Of a DNA stretch of 64,000 nucleotides, positions 25,201-38,470 are shown in pieces. Source of the stretch: Phoronis australis. Its lineage: Eukaryota > Animalia > Phoronida. Where the stretch lies: assembly GCA_002633005.1 (NCBI GenBank), contig NMRA01000977.1, positions 17,679 through 81,678 on the forward strand, written 5' to 3'. Position 1 is the stretch's first letter; each line of letters opens with the position of its first letter. The notes under the pieces were generated by a model, which was given only the letters and a program-made list of their open reading frames with translations, made no database searches and was not told the DNA's origin. A program made the position numbers and the translations under genes.

Positions 25201-25401
25201 CATCACTGTCAGTTAGGTAGGTGACATCCTCAGTTTGAAATGTGTGAGACGCACAGCCCTGCAACCGTCTATTGCTGCCTCAGGCTGCCTTGGTATGCTG
25301 GAGCTGCAGCAGTCCATGTTGGAGGGACTGTGTCCTTTTTTAAATTGGCTTTTTCTTCTCCCTCTGCTCCTAGTGAAACTGCGTGTCTTTTCAGTATACA
25401 T
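22209..25401 (-). pseudogene. Kolobok-type DDD/E transposase, multiply frameshifted and interrupted
   Basis: N-terminus RRKSQFKKGHSPSN; catalytic-like motifs VQFDVSYSSR, ITTDDSSQI and FNTNISESLN. Removing the 22545-23971 insert plus one TSD copy restores ESLNAVVYAYAPKTSIYTRNFTGLCHSAIHS; the basic C-terminus ends HSYELSY* at 22209. Confidence 0.8.
22545..23971 (+). mobile_element. hAT-like non-autonomous element family B (6-bp TSD)
   Basis: Ends caaggcttggaat / attccaagccctg, flanked by ATGCAT on both sides; interrupts the Kolobok transposase frame. Confidence 0.85.
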
Positions 25402-26607
25402 TGTGTGTGCTCACCACTCAACAGCTATGTTGTGAATTAAAAAAAATAGCGTGTGTTGTACTTTGCAATCATTCCACTAAATCCTCCTATAAAACAAAAA
25501 ATTGTTACTTAATACAACTCGCAGAAAGTTAACGTTAAAAAATTTTTACAAAAATTCTCTGTATACATCCGTCACGCCCCTTTAAAGGCAATTTTCTCAG
25601 TCATATAAAAAGATACGGGGAAAGTTAAACATGCTTTGAAAGCTATCAATGAGACCTATCAATTGATGTATTAATTGTTTTCCTAGCATGAACACTTTTT
25701 CACAATCGATCAAGCCGTTCTCTGATTGTACATTTGTCACAAATGGAATTGCCCTCTAACATTTTCCTCGCATTTGTGATATTGGATCGGCAAGACATAA
25801 AATGCTGTACCAAAATACGTAATCAAATACTATGTATCTGTGCAAGACATTTACTGTCATGTTTCTCTGGAATATAAATGCCTCAGGAGCATCAGCTTCC
25901 AATGTTCAGGCCAAAGAGTACGTCCATCATACACTGTCAGACCTTGGCCAATTTTTCCTGAACAATTCTTCCATCTATTCACTTGTAACTTAAGCGCCTT
26001 TCATATGTGCTCACTGCTGAAGGCGACAAATGCTCCCGCTACCACTTCTCGTTTGTCCTTACCCCCCTACCCTCACTCCTCAAGGTGGGTAGGTTAGGAG
26101 GCAAAAATTGTTAAAGCACTGATGCACTGTGAAGTTAAATAACTATGTGAAATGTTTTAATGTTACATTTTACAGTGGTAAGCCTTTCAAGTTGCATTTT
26201 CTGTAATTTGAAATTTTACTTCCATTGCCATGCGAGAAATGTATCATTGTTACATTTTATGAAAGTAAATGACAAGTGGTATATGACACGGCTGTTGATA
26301 CTTGAATATTTTTGGATGAGGGGTGTCGCCCAAAAATTTGGTGACCTACTCATGTAGAGAATGGGCTTGGACAAAAAATGTTAAACATTTAGAGAGTAAT
26401 TTTGTGTAAAAATTAACATTTTCGCAGCTCTGTTTCAAAAATTCAGTGTTCTCCATGACCTGTTTTGACTCTACGCGGTAACTAGTGCGTCAAGTTCAAA
26501 AATTGGTTTAAAACCTTTGCTGGCTTGGTACTTCAGCCATCAGCATCAAATCTGAGCCTGATTTTACCAACAGTAAACAGTTCACTTTACTGAGAGGCAG
26601 TTAAACA

Positions 26608-27200
26608 GTACAGTATTTGCTGTAATAAGGTGCCCGGGGCGCTTAGTAAAATTTCGTTTTAGGGGCGAGACGCTTATTGTAACCCAAGGCAGTTGAAACC
26701 CGTTCTCCGAACAGGTGAAATCGGAAGCTAGGATTAATCAAATTTGCGCTATGTGATGTATCTGTAGCCTGTGACAGACTTTATACAAAACTGGGGCGCT
26801 GCTACCCAACTTCATTGTTAAATTACGATTTTACAGAAAATTGTGATGAAATCCCAGGGTGAATACTCACCGCTGCGTCGCGATCGTCGACAGGGCAGCT
26901 CGAATAAAAATATATTATCGACTCTACAAATTACCTGAAATCCTCACTTAAGTTTTCCAAATAGCGTCCCTAAGGTTTTAAGTTCCTGTGGAGCTGGTGT
27001 TAAGAACAACATAGGTTCAAATCCGCGCAAGATCATACCCAGCAACATGACAAAAATCTCCGGACGAACACACGTCACAGTCAAGTGACCTTTGTTTTGA
27101 AGATCGTCTAGGTGTGTGAGTGAGCGAGCGCACGTGTGTGTCATCAGCGTTCGTTTGCCAGAGTAAACGCAATTTAACGATGTAGGCGTATATTGTAATT
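26608..27200 (+). mobile_element. Diverged partial relative of family A pogo-like element
   Basis: tacagtatttgctgtaataag start and homology to 4844-5450 (gttgaaaccc..gtgaaatcggaagcta). Confidence 0.6.
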
Positions 27201-27349
27201 AAAGAAATAACAAGCAGCATCATGAGAACTCATTTATTTAGCACTTAATGGTCACATCAACTATTAAAACGTGCGAGAATTGTCTCGGTAGGGCCTAAGA
27301 CCGAACGTCATTGAGTCGCTGGGTGAATATAGTTGTTTGGTCATGTAAA

Positions 27350-28930
27350 CTACCAGGATTTTCCGTAGATAAGCCCTGTCGGAAAAGTAACCTGAATAAT
27401 TAATTAGTTTTATAACATCTGGTGTCAAGTGTCTATATAGTGAGGCTTTCATTTGGAAAAATTCTTAAAAACCCATTCATTGGACCAAGTATCAGGCACA
27501 AATTAATTTTATGGAACATTTATCATTTATAAACATGGACAAAGTGTTCGCGACCTATGTATTTATTAACGTAAAATTAAAAAAGCACAGTTTTATGTTA
27601 AAAGTCAGTGGAGGCCGACTTTCCGTTCTACGTGCTCTCCTTTGGGAAGAAACACGCAGGCGTTAATTTGGTGTTACTGAAACGATTGATAATTTTAATT
27701 CTGCGAATACATGCCCGTGCTTTTTTACAGAAAATGGAGTAACTTCCTCATTTCCCATATGTATGATTCATCTCGTTTCAATGACTGTAGGTGACAGCAT
27801 GACTGACCAGAAGCTGCAACTGAAGAAGTGGACCATTAGTTGGATGACATCACATGGATAATGGCATGAGAACCACATGTACTGAAGCACTCACTTGCTG
27901 TACATCTATAGGCTGTGTTGTGGTTTGTTAACTATAAATATTTCAATTTGTCTACTTTCTAAAGCCAATTATTGAAATAGTGTTGCGTAGTATCGGTACT
28001 TATCTCAATATTTTATGGTGAAAATGATTGTGACATGCTTAGCAAATGAACAATAATGCGCAAGTTGTTTTTGTTCATCAAGAGAATAGGAAGGTTTGGG
28101 CTTAAATAAATGATGTGCAGTTTACACCATGATTGAATTTTTGGTCAAAGAGATCCTTGAGTTTTTGTTGTATTGTCAACATTCTGCTATCAATGAATCA
28201 CACTTGCTCTATGCCGTGTTATGTAGATGTAAGTGGGAGATGGTGGTGTGATCATGAACTTCGTTTTCTTATTTTGCAAAAAATCTTTGTGTTTTAGCAT
28301 TTTTGGGAGTTTTTTGTGTCAACAGTAAGCAGGCCTGGGCCCGGTCTCCAATCTTACTCGAAATGGAACTCGAAATTAGATTTGGCATTTTCTACTCTAC
28401 TTTTGGGCGAACTCAAGATAAGTGTCTATTATTCTATGCTCGAGTACACAATAACTTACGTAGATAATTTATTGCCCTTAGTTCACAGTTTGTAAACCCA
28501 ATATTAAAGCAATAAGTTCGAGTTTGAACTCTAGTTAGTAGCACGAATATAAGGGTCTTCAAGGGCAACCTTGAACTAGAAACTCCTATGCATAAACTAG
28601 TATTCGAGCACAGTCTGATAACCAATTTTCTTAAGTTCGCACAAAAGGAGCAGAGAAATTGCCAAAAATAGTTTCGAGTTCGTTTCGAGTTCGTTTCGAG
28701 TACAAAGATTAGAGACCGGGCCCTGGTTTATATGTGTGGTTACATTAGGTGATCATTTATCATCTGCAGGAAATAACAGATTAATTTCACTTGCAGGTGA
28801 TAAAACAAGACCACTGGTGTGGAGGAGAGCAGGTGACAGTTGGGAATTCCTCTGTGAAATTGGAGGTGAAAGGTATTTAATAACGGTAAGTTATGATTAT
28901 GGCAAATTTATGCTATTGAGTGTACTCCTA
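27350..28930 (+). repeat. Segmental duplication paralogous to ~47010-50030
   Basis: Shared blocks such as tagataagccctgtcggaaa, tgtcaagtgtctatatagtgaggctttcatttgg and gactgaccagaagctgcaactgaagaagtgg. Confidence 0.85.
28338..28722. mobile_element. PIF/Harbinger-like MITE, CTG TSD
   Basis: TIRs ggcccggtctccaat / attagagaccgggcc flanked by CTG; empty site caggcCTGgtttata at ~49821. Confidence 0.85.
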
Positions 28931-29469
28931 CATTGATTCTTTTTCAGGATTATCCTTCAAACAACTCCAAGTTATGCACAAGTTACAAAACAAAATAATT
29001 AAGTGGAACGTTTTAGAAACAATTCATAAGAACTTTTCATAGAGAACTGCGTCGAGCATAATTATATTTGAGAGTTTTGTGTTACTGCGTTCACACGATG
29101 GGACGTTTTCCAGGGCCTGCATGACCTTGGACAAGAAAATGCATTCAAATTTTTATGTTAATTGGGCAACCTTGTTTTCTTCTAACCAGCCTCTATTATT
29201 GTGTGCTAAGCAACGTCTTAGCAGGAAAGCAATGCATTCCTCTGCTTGCTGTGAAATCTTCTGAGTATCCAGCTAGCCATGCGATGTGAAGTGGTTGTAT
29301 GTAGTTGTATATAAATATACAGCCACAGTTAGGTCAAGAGTGAAACTATAGTGTTGAAGGCTTGTGTCTGAGGACAAAATACGGACAAGGCATCAATGTG
29401 GCTCAATTGGAAATAATTTAGGAAAAAATGTAGGAACTCTATTTCAAAAAGAAAATTTCTATCCCAGCA

Positions 29470-30536
29470 CAGGGTTCAACATTAACTTTTTAAGCCCGAA
29501 GGGCAAGTAGTTGAAATTTTTACTTGCCCGAACAACAAATTCACTTGCCCCAAGTACAATCCCAAATAGCACAGTGCATGTGCACACCTAGGTAATGTGT
29601 TACCGTAGGGCTGCCTGCTCTGAGCCTCCTCTTGTGTCGTGCATGCTATGAGTTAAAATCAAATTTTAACATACAATAATGCCACGTATACTTTTATTTT
29701 CGATAAATAATTACATTTTTGAAAAATAGATAGACCGCGAAAAAGTCACGCTTCAGAAGTTCAGAGCGACAATCCTGAAGACCGTATTCCTCTTCTTTCG
29801 GGAGTCACCAGCGGGAGCCGGGAATTCATAAGAATTTCCTTTAGAATTCCCCCTGAATAAATACCAGGCCTTTAAAACTGCTGTGTAGTGTAGAAAATAT
29901 GTGGTCAATCATTCACTCTTTAGGTTTTGTGCTTATCTGTATGACTTACACGTCCGCCGACGAACGCGGTGCTTCCAGCTCGGTACATGGGTAAACGCCG
30001 GCAAAAATCACACGTCATCCCTAGTTCACTGTCTCGCAGGACAGGAAACCTAACTTCCCATGACGGAAACCATCCCCGCACTCTTTTTGTTTCATATTGT
30101 TGCTTTGATTCTTCCGGAACTCGTTTTTTAGCATCTGGACGGCTTCCTTGTTTGGACGTTTTGCCAGAGTGCAGACGATCAGTAGTATCACGTGACAACT
30201 TATTCAGAAACTGCAGGGCACGTTCAGAGAATCTAAAGGATTTGACCGCGGGTGTCATCTGTGCACGCTGCATCACACTCGTTCTATTTTCCTTTCAGCG
30301 CTCATTCGAAGACGAGAGTTTCTTTGACGGCCACACAGGCTTTTTCGATGGTTTTTAGGCTTGTGTCGGGGTTCGTTACTTTGTAGCAAATGTCGAGCAG
30401 ACAATCTTAGGATCTCCGTGCCTATGCAGCTAGCTTTTTAACTTCCCCATCGGGCAAGTACTTTTCAAATTCCACTTGCCCGACGCAAAATCTACATGTA
30501 CACGGGCAATCGGGCAACCGTTAGTGTTGAGCCCTG
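29470..30536 (-). mobile_element. Internally deleted hAT-like element with 5-bp TSD
   Basis: TIRs cagggttcaacattaac / gttagtgttgagccctg with cttgccc subterminal repeats; flanks cagca/tagca; empty site atccCAGCAcctttt at ~31883-31897. Confidence 0.82.
29950..30276 (-). pseudogene. N-terminal exon of a hAT transposase (TTF-type zinc finger, ZNF862-like)
   Basis: YETKRVRGWFPSWEVRFPVLRDSELGMTCDFCRR..FVGG followed by a gtaagt splice donor. Confidence 0.65.
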
Positions 30537-30756
30537 TAGCACCTTTTAATTGACTACAGATTAGATATCTGATGTAGGAATCGAGATTTAATTTTTCTGC
30601 TATCAGTGAATCACACTTGCTCTGGGCCGTGTTATGTAGATGTAAGTCTATTGTAGGAGATGGTGTTGTGATCATGAACTTCGTTTTCTTATTTTGCAAA
30701 AAACTTTGTGTTTTCGCATTTTTGGGAGCTTTTTGTGTCAACAGTAAGCAGGCCTG

Positions 30757-31136
30757 GGCCCGGTCTCCAATTTTTTTACTCGAAATGGAACTCGAAATTA
30801 GATTTGGCATTTTCTACTCTACTTTTGGGCGAACTCAAGATAAGTGTCTATTATTCTATGCTCGAGTACACAATAACTTGCGTAGATAATTTATTGCCCT
30901 TAGTTCACAGTTTGTAAACCCAATATTAAAGCAATAAGTTCGAGTTTGAACTAGCGTTTGTAGCACGAATATAAGGGTCTTCAAGGGCAAACTTGAACTA
31001 GAAACTCCTATGCATAAACTATAATGTATTCGAGCACAGTCTGATAACCAATTATCTTAAGTTCGCACAAAGGGAGCAGAGAAATTGCCAAAAATAGTTC
31101 GAGTTCGTTTCGAGTACAAAGATTAGAGACCGGGCC
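30757..31136. mobile_element. PIF/Harbinger-like MITE, duplicate copy
   Basis: Same TIRs, TSD and flanks as 28338-28722. Confidence 0.85.
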
Positions 31137-32149
31137 CTGGTTTATATGTGTGGTTACTGGAGGTGATCATTTATCATCTGCAGAAAATAACAGATTGGTT
31201 TCACTTGCAGGTGATAAAACAAGACCACTGCATAGTGTGGAGGAGAGTAGTTGACAGTTGGCAATTGCTCTGTGAAATTAGAGGTGAAAGGCATTTAATA
31301 ACGGTAAGTTACGATTATGGCAAATTTATGCTATTGAGTGTACTCCTACTTTAATTTTTTTTCAGGATTAGCCTTCAAACAACTCCAAGTTATGCACAAG
31401 TTACAAAACAAAATAATTAAGTGGAACGTTTTAGAAACAATTCATAAGAACTTTTCATAGAGAACTGCGTCGAGCATAATTATATTTGAGAGTTTTGTGT
31501 TGATGCGTTCACACGATGGAACGTTTTCCAAGGCCTGCATGACCTTGGACGAGAAAATGCATTAAAATTTTGATGTGAATTGGGCAACCTTTTTTTCTTC
31601 TTACCAGCCTCTATTAATGTGTGCTAAGCAACGTCTAACCAGGGTAGCAATGCATTCCTCTGCTTGCTGTGAAATCATCTTGAGTATCCAGCTAGCCATG
31701 CGATGTGAAGTGGTTGTATGTAGTTGTATATAAATATGCAGTGACATTTAGGTCAAGAGTGAAACTATAGTGTTGAAGGCTTGTGTCTGGGGACAAAATA
31801 CAGACAAGGCATCAATGTGGCTCAATTGGAAATAATTTAGGAAAAATGTAGTAACTCCGTCTATTTCAAAAAGGGAATTTCTATCCCAGCACCTTTTTAA
31901 GTGACTACAGATTACAGATATCTGATGTAGGAATCAGGCAAAATGAGAGATTTCGATGCCAAATCTTGTGATTTTGACTCGAAACCTTCTCTAATTGTGC
32001 ACATGTATTGAAAGGCTACTTTCCACATTTGGCCTCCTCTGGAAGTAGACTTAAACATCCTCCCTGACCATTCAGTGTAACTATGTAGAAGTTGAATGAT
32101 GGCCAGGTCCATTATCTCGCTATGCTAAAGATGGTGGCCAAGAGACATT

Positions 32150-33100
32150 TTCTGCACTCTGAGACTTCTCAGGGAAGTAATTTTAAGAGTGGAATCATAG
32201 ACGACATATTCCCTCAATCTGTGAGAGAGATTAATTATTGTTACAGTGAGAGAGATTAAATGAACATAAATTATGAAAGCAATTCATTATGCCTAAATTT
32301 TTAAAAGCGTTCAAAACTTCAGAAGACAAATCATTGGTACAGGTGGTTGTGTAGTCCCACCAAAATATTCGATAAGTTAGTTTATCCTCTTCGAAATTGA
32401 TGATATGATTCCACATTCTCAAAATCTCAATTTTCCGCCTAACACTGGGAAATTCCTACCCCACGTTACCCGTAACAGCATCACATTGTTTCTCACCGTG
32501 AGCAAAATTAGAAGCGAATTTGTGAACCCCCAAGAAAGATTGTGGCTCTATTCTGAATGACGTCATAATCTTGTAAACTAGAGCCACCCCAGACACCTAC
32601 ACAATAATTGCTAACAGGTACAACATTAAATAAATTAAACATTGAATATTGTGGTGAATGTTCTGTACTTCACTTGAATTTATTAAATAAAGCCCTAATG
32701 ATCTTCCAGAATTTCGAATAGCAGTTTCATATAACATGTTCATTTAAAATTACTCCTAAATATTTACATTTGAGTACATACTAGTCTAGGTCTAGTTGAC
32801 CCAGCCGAAATGGATGTCAACTATGAGAGACATGTTTGGATGTGAAGTGAACAATATTAGTTTTCTCTTGGTTAATAGTTAGCCTCTATTTAGAGCATCA
32901 TTCGTCAACTATATTCAGTAATACCCGTAGATTTTCTTGCTCTTGACAAGTACTACTATATCATCTGCATGAAATAGAGCTGAAACACCAGTGGGAATTC
33001 CTAAATTTGTCCGTTTCAATTCTGTCGAGAATTGGGTTATGGCATATATATTTCTAACCGATTGATAAAACCTCCCAACTATTTTCAGATCCAGCAATTA
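32150..33100 (-). pseudogene. Degraded LINE reverse transcriptase fragment (CR1/L2 group)
   Basis: Fragments LFHADDIVVL (YADD-like), KYLGV and RMWNHIINFEEDKLTYRIFWWDY, with many stops and deletions. Confidence 0.65.
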
Positions 33101-34155
33101 AAAAAGTAAACTGTTTATATTTACCCAGCCTAAGGCTATTTGCATATAAATAAATAAAAGCCGCAAACCTTTGGATCTAGTCATGATTCCGAGTTAGTAT
33201 GTTAACTAGCCTTTGTCAGAAGTAATAGTATTCCTTACTTACAAACTGCCTGAAAACAAGTATTGTATTCAAACTACAATGGCTGTGCTTGTTTGGAACA
33301 GGCATGCTTTCACATTTGAATTGTAAAATTGATGGTAAAACAAGGCATTGTGTACTAAACAACAATGTACAACAATTATTTTTGCAGTTCCACCAAAGTG
33401 TGCAAGTAGTGAGTATTTTCTGAAATTTCATCCAATGAAAAATTCAACTCCTTATAACATCAAACAACTGTTCTGGAACACACGATTTCTATTTCTTTTT
33501 GAAAACTTTTTTATTCTTGAACATAAATTTGATGAAAACAGCAGGCTACTTACAACATTTTACAGAAATAAGAAGTCAGAAAATTCCTTTGCTCTGCCCC
33601 AGACCAAACACTAGTTTGCCAATAACCCACTGTCTAAAAGAAAAATAATGTTAGGACTTCTGAGTGGTGAAAATCAGAAAATGACAAAAATGGATAAACA
33701 TTATTTAGTTGTAGGAGTCTGATACAACTCGTGTGAATAATGTGTCATAACGCTTAACATCAAGGGTAGCTACACAATTTTTATACATTATTTTATTGAA
33801 TTAAGCAAATAATTTGTTTTTGAGAAACAACATCTCCACAAAGATCGACAATAATATTTTGAAACTGGTGGTAAAAAAAATCAAACTAGGTCGCGAACTT
33901 TTCCTCATCATGATAGGACAAGAACTTCGAAATTATAGTTGCTCAAGAATTTTGCAAACATGTTATTTTATAATTTTCAACCCTTTCAGGTCATTTCTAG
34001 TCATTTACAGTTTGCAGTGCAAGAACAGAAGCATAAAATTTTTGGTACTTGGCACTTCATTTTTTTCCGCAAAATTTTGAAATGTCTATGTTATCAATTT
34101 ACATGGCTTGCTTTGGAGTGTCGGTAAAAATGTTCCAGTTACAAAAATCAGTTAA

Positions 34156-36830
34156 CGCTTTCGAAACGAACCCGGCCAAACCCGGCCGTTGCCGTAAAGC
34201 AACCAACCCGGCTCAAACCGGTCGACCTTACCTTCATAAATACAGTTCCAGTCCATTTACGCATATTCTCGAGTCTGAATGTTATTTCTGTTGTAAACAT
34301 CTGTCTGTTCGTCCTACCACATTTCACGATGTCTGACAATTGATTCTGAAGTTTTTTGAGGTAATTTTCTGGTAATTTTTGAACTTGTTTCTGAAAATTT
34401 AAATGTCTCGTGGCTTCCGGTGAAAACAACGCCTATAGCAGTGACAGTGACGCTAGTTTCGGCGGTTTTACGAATGCACAAGTAGCCGAATTTCATCAAA
34501 TTTGTGAAGGACTTGTTGTCAATAATAAATGTGAAGGTAATATGATGTTTCGTCGACTGGGGATAAGAGCGATGATAAAATCGCCGAAGTTGCCGATCCG
34601 GCATTAGCAACACTTGGTGCCGATTGGTCTCGGGACTTGTGCAATAATAATTTAATGGGTTTTACTGAAATACCTGGTGTTAATCATGACTTGGAACCTT
34701 CAGCCAAACCTGTTCACTGTTTCAAACTGCTTTGCCAGATAGAATTTTTGAAATGGTGTGTCAGGGAACGAATCTTTTTGGTCAGCAGAATTTTGCAACA
34801 TCACTGGAAACAAAATGGCAGCCAACATGTCCTGATGAAATAAATTTTTTTTTCTTTATTGGAATCATGATGGGTATGAAGTAGTTGCCAATAATAAAAG
34901 TAACATTTTCTAAGACAGTAAAAGTTTATTTCATGCATTACATACAATTCGAAATGTGAATTCGGAATATGACTTACCTGTACTTACCTATACCTACTTG
35001 TTTGTTGTGGCTCATTACCTTCAGGTAATGGTTTAATGGTAACCTGTGACTGTTGTTTAACATTTTGCTGAGTATGTTTTTGGTCTTAACTGTTATTGCA
35101 AGCCAAATTATCCTATGTTTTTGGGCTTGTACATTGTGTTCATCTTTCTGCCTGTTGACTTGGTTGTTACCTGCTTGTTGTTATCTAACATATTGTCTTG
35201 GTAATGCGGTAAATACTTACTTGAATTCTTAGAATGAATTGAAGAACATTGTGTATTAATTATTTTATTGTCTAAGCAATAAAAGCAATAATAATACTGA
35301 TATTTCAAAATGAATCCAGTCTGACAAAAAAAAAACCAATGGACATTATCAAATTTGTGGGCAAAAAAATGCCACACAGGACTTGGCTGGTACTTAACAT
35401 CCTAGAAGACACGTCATGTGACAACTGATGTTGCAGAGGCAGGTTCTCTATCTCTCAAGACAACTCGCAACAAACCAACTAGTAGAGGCAGCACAAAATT
35501 TGACGTTGATTGACTGCGTAGTGTACGTACCCCACCCCAACCAGTACTATTTTTACTGTTTACAAGTGGAACACTGGTCCTAGCATTGCTTTAACTATTT
35601 TGACCAACTGGTGAATATATTGAAAACTAAGCAAATAGCACAAATATAGTTTTTGAAAAAAGTAGTTACATGTCATTTTTTTTGTAACAATCATATTGCA
35701 AGAGAAGAAGTTCTCGTTATACTGTGTTAAGATAAGCAGTGTGTCGTCTAGAACAACTTGATCAGCACGGTAATTACTTTTCTTACTTTAGTATGTGATA
35801 CTTCTTCAATTTGATCAAGAACTTATTAAATTAACAGCTACCTTATGAATTTTGCATGGTAGAAATGGGCTGTGACTACAAGTTGTAGTGTAGGTACCCT
35901 TTTATACAACTGTGATGCATTAGGCCATAAAATTTTATTCGGTGGTTCGTGTGCAAAAATATTTAAGATTACAAACCTTTGTTACCGCGGCGTTGCCGAC
36001 GACTTTCAATTTGAAAAGCGGAAGTTGCTCTCTATGTTTCGGAAGAACGTAAATTGTCAACATTGCCGGGGCATCTGGGATAGCGTGGTGGATTTTTCAA
36101 TGGCGTCTCGTGTGATTGTAAACCGCGGTGACAAATACTATGACTCTGCAGCCAAATATGTGTGGAGGTGGGAGCTTGGGAGTGGACGAACGAGCTAAAA
36201 AGACGCAGACGCACGGTCCTGGAGGTGGTACCTTTTTTTTAGCGCGCCTGTTTTGGGCCATAAAAATTTCCGCGTTTTTCGTCATTGGACATTCCAAGCC
36301 CTGGGTACTATAAAATAACCCAGCTTTTACAGTTATACAACAATCTTCATTTTTCACCAAAAGTGGCCACCGAATATGGACCTTTATTGTAATTTGCTTG
36401 AAAGGGGCTTTTAACAGTTAGAAATGACTCGGAAACTGACAAAACTCGAAGGAAAACGTTTTTATTGTACTTCATTTTTTTAAATATCGTATTTTTTAAT
36501 TTTCAAAAAATCCAATTTTACTTTGATTTTTTTTTGTTTCCTTACGCAATATTCTACATATTCATACCAAATATATGTACAAAATCATTATGATCTTGAT
36601 TTTGTGGCATTTTTTACGTGTTAGTTGTGGCAAGCACGCCACTTTCTGTCATTTAGTCACCTTCCGTCTAATAACTAAAAATCTGGTATGTGGATCAAAA
36701 AACCCGGGCTCGCGATTTTACTTCAGTGCTAGAGGATTTCATATTTTCCAAATTTTGTAAAAATTGACCCACGTGTTGCGGAAAAATAGGCCCGGGAATC
36801 TGTCACCACCCTGAAATCACGAGACAGCGT
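34156..36830 (+). mobile_element. Degenerate piggyBac-like element (ends uncertain)
   Basis: TTAA followed by subterminal aacccggc repeats. Acidic SSDSDASFGGF N-terminal fragment, FTEIPGVNHDL..PVHCFKLL and KWQPTCPDEI..GIMMGMK*LP are piggyBac-like motifs (34400-34890). Confidence 0.5.
35980..36303 (+). mobile_element. Family B element, left end missing
   Basis: Homology to 39330-39588 and 62425-62792; ends attccaagccctg. Confidence 0.75.
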
Positions 36831-36839
36831 TATAACTCT

Positions 36840-37800
36840 CCTAAGTTCGGTTTTTCATCGTTTTTCTCTTGTACCATTGATTTTGCTAATAGTAAATTCT
36901 AAATTTCTATAGTTTTTCATAAATCCATTGACGTCAGCTGCTAATGAAGTTTTGTTCTCCATTCTACATTGATAAATGACATTTTTGCTATGAAAACTTC
37001 AAGATTGATAATGTTGTTACATTCGGTATTTCCAAACCGATCTTGATCTTTAACTAAGCGGTTGTAAGGAAGTCGTCACAAATTTTTCTCCACAACTCTC
37101 GTATATACCTGCATTCCACAAATAAAATGCAATGTAGTATCTCCATGTTCAGAGGAAAATGTACTCAAGTCATTCTCTTATTAACATGAAAAAACCTTTG
37201 TTGTAATAGGATGTACGTTATTATACTGGAAATTTTGGACCAAGCAAAATCATCACCAGAAGTAACGGTTAAGTCTCTAACCCACTTTTGCAAGGCACTG
37301 TGGGCATCCTAGTTTGGGCTTTCAATTTTCTGACATCTCTTCCTCAAGTTTGAGCATTGGCAATATGCAACAGTGGAGTTGAAATGTTTGTGAATGTTCG
37401 TTTTGCATATTCAGAGTGATAAAGGGTCTCTAACCATATTTGCAGGATTGACTTCACAAGCCTTTAATGATTCAAAAATGTTCACTTTATATCAAATTTT
37501 TTTAATGATTGTAAACTCAGTTTTGTTCCATCACAATTTTAGTAAATCTCGCCGTTCTTAAATCTTTCTTACACCACTGTTGAATAAAATTTAGTTAAAT
37601 ATTTATAGCGAACCATACGGCTCATTCAGTGTAATACAAACTGAAAGGAAATATTTTACATGTCAAGGAAACATCCAGCCAAAATCTATTACCAGTAACA
37701 ATGTTGAAATTGCTTCCAAAATTATATTCCTCTTCCAGTTGGAGATGTTTGGCAAGCTGTGTACATACGATTTAATATTGTGTTTAACCAGTAGCACTAG
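36840..37800 (-). pseudogene. L1/Tx1 LINE ORF2 3' fossil
   Basis: Degenerate KFQY / zinc-knuckle region on the minus strand; 37090-37290 is homologous to 52808-53104. Confidence 0.5.
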
Positions 37801-38129
37801 ATCATCTGCAGGGATTGCTGAAATGTCTAAGTCATGTTATTCTGTTTGCTCTTTTACAGCTGTATTGTAAAATTCTGTAAAAAAATGGTGGGGCTTATCA
37901 TCAACTGTGTCTGCCTGTTTGTGCTCATGTACAATGAATTGTCTTTTGCAGGAAGTACTTGACGACAACATTGTCACTCAGCACTGCTATGTGGATTGTA
38001 CAACAGAAGTTGGCCCGTGTTCATGGTATGTAACTTGCCTTCTGTAAATCAGTATTTTGAAGCCAATCCAAGGCAAAACTGACGCCGTTAGCTTGAATTT
38101 TTGAACAGAGTAACTCTCTTATCATAATT

Positions 38130-38470
38130 AAATGTGCAAAAGTTCTCTTAGTAAAATTAGTGTCCAATGTCTATAGTGGGAAAGTTTGCACAGAATTACA
38201 CTTTTTTCTTCTCGAATGTAATTTATATTCTGATCTATGTGTGCTTTTGTTACCAAGATACGATAAGGTGGACGAGATAGTGTTAAGAGATATTTTATTG
38301 ACTCGTGCTTTAACTAACTTGAGAAAAGTTGCTAGATATTTAATTAATGCGGAGAAACGCCGAAATGAGTTCCTTGATATGAATTAATTTATATTTGAAA
38401 AATCTTGTACTCTATGTATTATACATTTGTAATGTGGGCCGGAGGCCTGTGACATGAAATAAACCTATCA
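38130..38470 (+). mobile_element. 3' end of a CR1/L2-group LINE
   Basis: ELHFFLLECNLYSDL (HxxxxC motif), stop codon, then a 3' tail ggccggaggcctgtgacatgaaataaac. Confidence 0.55.

Larger units (their letters stand above)
19071..25580. mobile_element. KolobokP-type DNA transposon (DDE transposase + convergent His-Me finger nuclease), degenerate
   Basis: Convergent HNH and Kolobok transposase genes plus the LTDR-like unit. The right terminal repeat was not found, so the right boundary is approximate. Confidence 0.72.
28182..31935 (+). repeat. Tandem duplication of a ~1.3-kb unit (28182-30582 including an insert; 30594-31935)
   Basis: Both units start ttctgctatca.tgaatcacacttgctc and end gatatctgatgtaggaatc. 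Confidence 0.9.

Noticed and set aside
25584-25756. Right terminal repeat of the KolobokP element
   Set aside because: No similarity to 19071-19679; it looks like a separate short ggcaatt/aattgcc-bounded element.
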